Part shown: one piece after another, positions 59,501 through 64,000 of the stretch
How positions within the stretch are numbered: the first letter of the stretch is position 1
Layout of the letters: the number at the start of each line of letters is the position of its first letter
Origin: a bacterium
GTDB lineage: Bacteria; Zhuqueibacterota; Zhuqueibacteria; Residuimicrobiales; Krinioviventaceae
Direction: 5' to 3'
NCBI GenBank assembly: GCA_963675755.2
Contig: CAXXMD010000003.1
Span: forward strand, 2,176,001-2,240,000
DNA length: 64,000 bases
The notes under the pieces: generated by a model
Told to the model about the DNA's origin: nothing
Seen by the model: only the letters and a program-made list of their open reading frames with translations
Database searches by the model: none
Made by a program: the position numbers and the translations under genes

Positions 59501-60402
59501 CCCAATTTAGTATTCCATGTAAGACCGGGTTCCTCGGCCGTTCCACAAAACATTATAGTCTTTGTTGGACCATCCGGACCGGGCACATCACACCACGCCA
59601 GATACAATCTGCCGTTATGTACTGCCAGGTTGGGGCCTCCGCCAAGTCTGTAAACGGCATCTGTTACATTAGAAACCATGTGAAAACTGGTTTCTCCGGT
59701 TTGCAGATAACCAAATAAAGCATTACGGATGGTTTCACGGTTTCTGCTTAGTAAATAAATGGTGCCGGTATCGTTTTTGTAAAGAGAGGGATATTCACCA
59801 CGCTCTATAAAGATTTTGGATTGCCAATGGCCATTAATGTATGGTACCACATAGATATTGTCTTCATATCCTTCTTCATAGATCGTATAAATATTGCCTT
59901 GTGATTCTACAATGTCGGGTACAATTTTGGATGTAGGGGATTCTTCGATTTCATCAATTACGCCCCAGTTACCATAGTTTCCTTTGCAATAATTAAAGTC
60001 ACCATCACGTTCAGCAAAAACAATATGAACAACCCCATTACCATCTACCGTTATTGCGGAACAGCGATCTGGTAAACCATGTTCATCCAGGCCTTCTACA
60101 ATTCTGCCGCCATCGCCAATCGTTTCGGGGGTCATCCAGTTGCCATCCGGAGTGCGATAACTGTAATATAGATCATAATTGTTTTCCCAAACAACATGAA
60201 CACTCTTGTCTACCGGACTTATTGCAATATCAGCATACTTTCCATTTGCATCCAATAAATAACCGGGTACAATTTCCAAATCATTAACACTGATAGCAAA
60301 TGCAGGTAAAGCTGACAATGCGAGTGTGATCAATATCAGGAAATAGATATAGTAGGTTTTACCTTTCCAGGTATAGGGTTTTCTTGCAGTTTCTGAGTTC
60401 AT
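56518..60402 (-). CDS. Secreted surface protein: duplicated ~350-aa beta-propeller-like domain, 2 cadherin/Ig-like domains, 3 PKD domains, C-terminal sorting domain
   Basis: PKD motifs (PLTVQFTDES..WxWxFGDG..QNPxH) three times; ATDQDGDTLSF; QNYPNPFN...ASGMYIL...KKIILIK. AGGAG RBS before ATG 60402. Confidence 0.88.
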   Translation of the reverse strand: MNSETARKPYTWKGKTYYIYFLILITLALSALPAFAISVNDLEIVPGYLLDANGKYADIAISPVDKSVHVVWENNYDLYYSYRTPDGNWMTPETIGDGGRIVEGLDEHGLPDRCSAITVDGNGVVHIVFAERDGDFNYCKGNYGNWGVIDEIEESPTSKIVPDIVESQGNIYTIYEEGYEDNIYVVPYINGHWQSKIFIERGEYPSLYKNDTGTIYLLSRNRETIRNALFGYLQTGETSFHMVSNVTDAVYRLGGGPNLAVHNGRLYLAWCDVPGPDGPTKTIMFCGTAEEPGLTWNTKLGGSNPLYYEDTATPHPRVATFDDGTVVYMNARRQDKRYMIWEGDQWSVGREAPWLGGLIEVESDGSTIWVANTSAPGITVFGIRNPTLIQSNDLEIAEHTVLDEHGFSGDIAINPLNGDISSLWVNDNDIRIRTRNAEGGWDQMQELALDNINVYSEDQFQFPQRCTAMDIDSAGTTHIVFSDENGNIYTMNNSSGDWAEPELLATVPSFAIYPDIITKGDYRYVVYHDVSNNTVQVIEYDGSWGEPRDLGSGSHPSLERGENGMVYLLFQEEETGKRYAQFAFKVPGYTDWMFQENVTNPVDELGDSPYMSVGNGKIYIGWNNNTENSGDYKGEIFCAAADEPGMDWTPRHGKEQPLFYENTGDPHIRPSVYSDGSVLLLNGRRQTPRIMVYENDMWSSTALAPWSGGTPQVVNDGQNAWVMVSQISSASSNVSVSAIGMPGASKNTFNNPVPEFTTTPELFANANSVWTYSPAALDDDANPLTWELVLGPDNMTLTSSTGAVEWTPTEEDKDLDLWGKGAGYYLTGIKATDSEGGWQTQYFWIRIAGVNFDPEITSTAPTQAFVDTLYTYKVTATDQDGDTLSFSISEGPETMSIDADSGLVIWTPQDGDEGDHTIRIRVDDGKGGSAIQEYTLNVIKVVLPPDPWFVADTTNGLVPLTVQFTDESEGDILSWQWGFGDGGTSTLQNPLHVFDSAGSYSVSLKIVSTGGVATLIREGYINVYNEDLVPAFSADTTRGKAPLTVQFTDESTGDIDEWYWDFGDSTYSDEQNPQHEYSTNGDYDVKLTVKGPRGSSTLVKESYIQVIPDPPVAMFSAEPVQGPAPLTVNFSDQSEGLVDSWFWNFGDGVTSEEQNPTHTYSSIGTYTVTLVATNNGGSDTLTVNGYIQVQTGTLVESDTETPDRFQLQQNYPNPFNAQTTVRYDLPRAADVLLTIYDINGKMVKTLFKGVQSAGTYRYIWDGTDYKGNMSASGMYILHMQANDYLSDKKIILIK

Positions 60403-60553
60403 TTTCTCTCCTATGGTTTCGATCCTCAGGTTTATGGCCGCTGTTGCAAAATCTACACCTGAAAATGGATGATTTTTCACTTTTTTTTCAAAAAATTATA
60501 TTGTTTTTATTGAGTTTATGTATATGATTTCATGTGCTGGTGCGAAATGTTTT

Positions 60554-60586
60554 AAAACAACTCTGCAAATTTTGCAGAGTTGTTTT
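60554..60586. promoter_or_regulatory. Perfect 33-bp palindrome in a divergent promoter region
   Basis: AAAACAACTCTGCAAA-T-TTTGCAGAGTTGTTTT. Confidence 0.6.
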
Positions 60587-60700
60587 GGAACGATACACTG
60601 ATTTGAAAATGAACAGTTTGATACACTTTGCTTGCTTTTTAATTTAAAACTGTTAATATTAGTCAGTGGTCATATGGAGTCTAGTAGGAGGAAAGTTCAA

Positions 60701-61855
60701 ATGACGTATTTTGCAGATTTTGACAGAATCATTGATCGTACACCCACCTCGAGCCTGAAATGGGTAAAATACAAAAACCGTGATATTTTACCATTATGGG
60801 TAGCTGATCTGGATTTTGAATCTCCTCCCGCAGTTATGCAGGCACTATATAAGCGCACACATCATGGGGTCTTTGGGTACACTTTGGCGCCTGAAGAGCT
60901 GGTTGATGTGATTATAGAACGCATGGATCGGTTGTATAACTGGAAGATTGAAGCGGATTGGATTGTATGGATCCCCTGTCTGGTATGTGGATTTAACCTG
61001 GCGTGCCGGGCTGTGGGCAATGATGGTGATGACGTCATGTCTGTTACACCTGTGTATCCGCCGTTCCTGGATGCACCGGGGAATTCACGCCGGAATCTCA
61101 TCAAAGTACCACTCGATAAATCAAGCGGTAAATGGGTTATGGATCTGGACAAGATGCAGGATGCATTGACAGACAAGACCGGATTACTGCTGTTTTGTAA
61201 TCCCCATAATCCCACAGGCAGAGCCTATACACGGGATGAACTGCTGGCCCTGACTGAATTTTGTGAGAAAAATGATTTAATCATTTGCTCGGACGAGATC
61301 CATTGTGATTTGTTATTAGACGAGGATGTTAAGCATATACCCACCGCATCACTTGATCCTGAAATTGCAAAACGGACTATAACTCTCATGTCTCCCAGCA
61401 AGACCTATAATATTGCGGGATTGGGTTGTGGGTTTGGAATTATTTCTGATCCGGATTTGCGGGAACGCTATAAAAAAGAGATGGCGGGCATTGTTCCGCA
61501 TATTAATATTATGGGGTATACTGCGGCTCTGGCAGCATTCAAAGACGGTCAGGAATGGTTAACGGCGGTATTAAAGTACCTGAGAGAAAACCGGGACCTG
61601 TTGGAAAGCACAGTAGCTGACTGTCATTGTATTAGCATGACACATGTTGAAGCCACTTATTTGGGGTGGATTGATGTAAGAGAATTGGGATTGGAAAATC
61701 CCATAAAGTTTTTTGAACAGCATGGTCTGGGATTTTCAGACGGTGCGGATTTTGATTTTGATGGATTTGTACGTTTTAATTTTGGCTGTCCGCGTCCGGT
61801 ATTGAACAAGGCTTTGGAACGGTTGTTCAATGCTGTTCGTTCGGTTGCCTCATGA
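60701..61855 (+). CDS. MalY/PatB family PLP-dependent C-S lyase (cystathionine beta-lyase-like)
   Basis: LPLWVADLDF, HGVFGY, CNPHNPTGR, SDEIHCDL, SPSKTYNIAG, FVRFNFGCPR. AGGAGG RBS before ATG 60701. Confidence 0.93.
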   Translation: MTYFADFDRIIDRTPTSSLKWVKYKNRDILPLWVADLDFESPPAVMQALYKRTHHGVFGYTLAPEELVDVIIERMDRLYNWKIEADWIVWIPCLVCGFNLACRAVGNDGDDVMSVTPVYPPFLDAPGNSRRNLIKVPLDKSSGKWVMDLDKMQDALTDKTGLLLFCNPHNPTGRAYTRDELLALTEFCEKNDLIICSDEIHCDLLLDEDVKHIPTASLDPEIAKRTITLMSPSKTYNIAGLGCGFGIISDPDLRERYKKEMAGIVPHINIMGYTAALAAFKDGQEWLTAVLKYLRENRDLLESTVADCHCISMTHVEATYLGWIDVRELGLENPIKFFEQHGLGFSDGADFDFDGFVRFNFGCPRPVLNKALERLFNAVRSVAS

Positions 61856-61865
61856 CAGGGAGTAT

Positions 61866-62798
61866 ATGAAAAGAAATAATATTGTTCTTTTAATATTGAT
61901 ATGTACGGGTGTTTTGCTGGCACAGGAACCGGCTCGGCTTGAGCAGTTATCTCCATCGCCTTATACCATTACCAAACTTTGTGGTGATTTGCAAAACACG
62001 AATCTTGATGAAGTCAGTGGAATAGCTTCATCAATTGTGAATCCGGGAGTTTTGTGGTTTCTCAATGATAGTGGAGACAAGACTTACCTGTATGCCGCAG
62101 ATTCGGCTGGAAAGGATTTGGGGCGTTTTACTGTTGATGGTGTACAGAACAAAGACTGGGAAGATCTGGCTTCTTTTGAACTGGATGGTACCGCCTATTT
62201 GTTGATAGGAGATATTGGTGATAATAACGCAAAGCGTAAAAACCGCAAGATATATATCGTTAAAGAACCGGATTTAAGTAGCAACCATCGTTATTTTATA
62301 CCGATTTATACAGAGATCAAGTACAAGTATGTTGATGGTCCACGAGATTGTGAATCGGTTGCTGTGGATGTTACAAATAAAAAGATTTTGCTGTTGAGCA
62401 AACGTACGGTTCCGCCGGTTTTATACGAATTGAACCTTGATGTGAAATCCAGATATTCCGAGCAGCAGGCAAAACGGGTCACCGAGGTACCTACCATACC
62501 CTTGCTGACATTTGATGAGATCAAGCTTGATCCGCGGTTTGGGCCTTTTGGTTCACAGCCTACAGCAATGGATATCTCTAGTGACGGTAAATGGATTGTT
62601 GTGCTGACGTACCAGAATGCGTATCTCTATGCGTTTGATACGGATTGGCCAACAACATTTAAAGCATTACCTCAGCATATAGAGATTCCAAGACTTGAGC
62701 AGGCAGAGTCAGTTTGTTTTAAATTCAAGAGTACAGACATATATGTTTCGTCAGAAGACAGGCCGGCGCCATTGTATGTTTTTAAAAGGAAAAAATAA
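61866..62798 (+). CDS. Exported hypothetical beta-propeller-type protein
   Basis: Signal peptide; EVSGIA..LWFLNDSG, DWEDLA, GDIGDN, DCES, TAMDIS motifs. Confidence 0.7.
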   Translation: MKRNNIVLLILICTGVLLAQEPARLEQLSPSPYTITKLCGDLQNTNLDEVSGIASSIVNPGVLWFLNDSGDKTYLYAADSAGKDLGRFTVDGVQNKDWEDLASFELDGTAYLLIGDIGDNNAKRKNRKIYIVKEPDLSSNHRYFIPIYTEIKYKYVDGPRDCESVAVDVTNKKILLLSKRTVPPVLYELNLDVKSRYSEQQAKRVTEVPTIPLLTFDEIKLDPRFGPFGSQPTAMDISSDGKWIVVLTYQNAYLYAFDTDWPTTFKALPQHIEIPRLEQAESVCFKFKSTDIYVSSEDRPAPLYVFKRKK

Positions 62799-62820
62799 TA
62801 TCATTGCAAGGAGTTGAATT

Positions 62821-63129
62821 ATGTTTATAGTACATGTTTTGGTTCATGTAAAGCCCGATCAGGTTGATAATTTTATAGCAGCATCGCTGGAAAATGCGAA
62901 AAACAGTGTACAGGAACCGGGAGTAGCACGTTTTGATGTGGTTCAGCAGCAGGATGATCCTACCCGTTTTGTGTTTGTTGAAGTCTATCGCACAGCTGAT
63001 GATCCTGCAAAACATAAAGAGACCGCGCATTATCAAAAATGGCGGGACACGGTTGCGGATATGATGGCAGAACCCCGGCAGGGTATTAAATACAATAATC
63101 TTTATCCTGATGAACAGGGCTGGGGCTAA
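62821..63129 (+). CDS. Antibiotic biosynthesis monooxygenase (ABM/LsrG-like) family protein
   Basis: [33 protein letters not shown]; AGGAG RBS. Confidence 0.9.
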   Translation: MFIVHVLVHVKPDQVDNFIAASLENAKNSVQEPGVARFDVVQQQDDPTRFVFVEVYRTADDPAKHKETAHYQKWRDTVADMMAEPRQGIKYNNLYPDEQGWG

Positions 63130-63143
63130 CAGAGGATCTATAT

Positions 63144-64000
63144 ATGGATTTTGAATTTGCAACCGCGGGACGCATTGTTTTTGGCAATGGCCGGATTCAG
63201 GAATTAAAGGATATTGCTACCGGATATGGAAAGCAGGTGCTGGTTATTACCGGAGGAAATAATCCGCTTTATGATTTAACAATTCAAGATTTAAAAGACA
63301 ATGGATTTATTGTGTCTCAATATAAAGTGGATCAGGAGCCTACGACTGATATTGCACTTGAAGCCGCAGAGCTTGCCCGGAATCAAAAATGTGAGCTGGT
63401 TATTGGCATTGGCGGTGGCAGTGTTGTGGATACCGGCAAGGCAGTTTCTGCATTGCTTACCAATGAAGGAGATATTTACGATTACCTGGAAGTTATTGGT
63501 AAGGGACAAAAGCTCAATAACCCCACTGCGCCATATATTGCAATCCCAACAACCGCGGGTACCGGTGCAGAAGTGACGCGTAATGCGGTACTGGGATCAA
63601 AGACGCATCGGGTCAAAGTCAGTATGCGCAGTCCTTATATGCTTCCCGATGTTGCCCTGGTGGACCCGGAACTCACTTTTAGTATGCCGCCGGATGTAAC
63701 TGCAAGTACAGGGCTGGATGCTTTGACGCAATTGATGGAAGCTTTTGTTTCAAACAAGGCCAATCCTTTGACAGATGGTATTTGTCTGGAGGGATTAAAG
63801 CGAGCTTCACGATCATTGGTAACTGCGTTTAGGAATGGTGATGATGCAAACGCACGTGAGGATATGAGTATTGCGGGGTTGTTTAGCGGACTTGCGTTGG
63901 CAAATGCCAAGCTTGGCGCCGTACATGGATTTGCAGGACCTTTGGGCGGGCTTTTTCCCGCTCCTCATGGAGTGGTCTGTGCAAGATTGTTACCCTTTGT
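63144..64000 (+). CDS. Iron-containing alcohol dehydrogenase, truncated by the window end (absent from the ORF track)
   Basis: Manual translation from ATG 63144: MDFEFATAGRIVFGNG...IGIGGGSVVDTGKA...AIPTTAGTGAEVT...DPELT...GLDALTQ...LGAVHGFAGPLGG...HG; GAGGA RBS; no stop before 64000. Confidence 0.93.
   Translation, partial: MDFEFATAGRIVFGNGRIQELKDIATGYGKQVLVITGGNNPLYDLTIQDLKDNGFIVSQYKVDQEPTTDIALEAAELARNQKCELVIGIGGGSVVDTGKAVSALLTNEGDIYDYLEVIGKGQKLNNPTAPYIAIPTTAGTGAEVTRNAVLGSKTHRVKVSMRSPYMLPDVALVDPELTFSMPPDVTASTGLDALTQLMEAFVSNKANPLTDGICLEGLKRASRSLVTAFRNGDDANAREDMSIAGLFSGLALANAKLGAVHGFAGPLGGLFPAPHGVVCARLLPF

Noticed and set aside
63291-63910. Three short ORFs listed at the window end
   Set aside because: They overlap the real iron-containing alcohol dehydrogenase frame that starts at 63144 and runs off the window.

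Overview
Bacterial chromosomal window, probably from an FCB-superphylum lineage such as KSB1 or Calditrichota. This is inferred from three secreted proteins ending in a YPNPFN-type C-terminal sorting domain and a PorV-like barrel. Bases 1-31 kb are mostly housekeeping and envelope genes: Ldh_2 dehydrogenase, glpK, a stand-alone sacsin-like GHKL ATPase, a lipB-E1a-E1b-E2-E3 2-oxoacid dehydrogenase operon, an MlaE/F/D-type MCE operon, CCA-adding enzyme, an RND efflux operon with an unusual fused TolC, an MFS transporter and a lipoprotein/beta-barrel pair. Bases ~34-51 kb are an accessory mosaic of blocks with visibly different base composition. This mosaic carries a modular non-coding repeat family: nine copies of hairpin A, six of hairpin B, many short ACCACAGA-type direct-repeat modules and a nested mini-hairpin. 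Most copies form two arrays (38.77-39.34 kb and 44.79-45.55 kb). The blocks include a convergent cyanophycin-synthetase-like ATP-grasp plus divergent FolC-like ligase pair, an AT-rich membrane protein plus PLD-like nuclease pair, CAZymes and a NucS-like nuclease. Bases 51-64 kb return to ordinary genes (yaiI-like, YhcH, upp, glycoside hydrolase, PKD surface protein, MalY/PatB, ABM monooxygenase) and end in a truncated iron-containing alcohol dehydrogenase. I saw no rRNA, tRNA, cas, integrase or transposase. All assignments come from motif recognition by eye; no searches were run.
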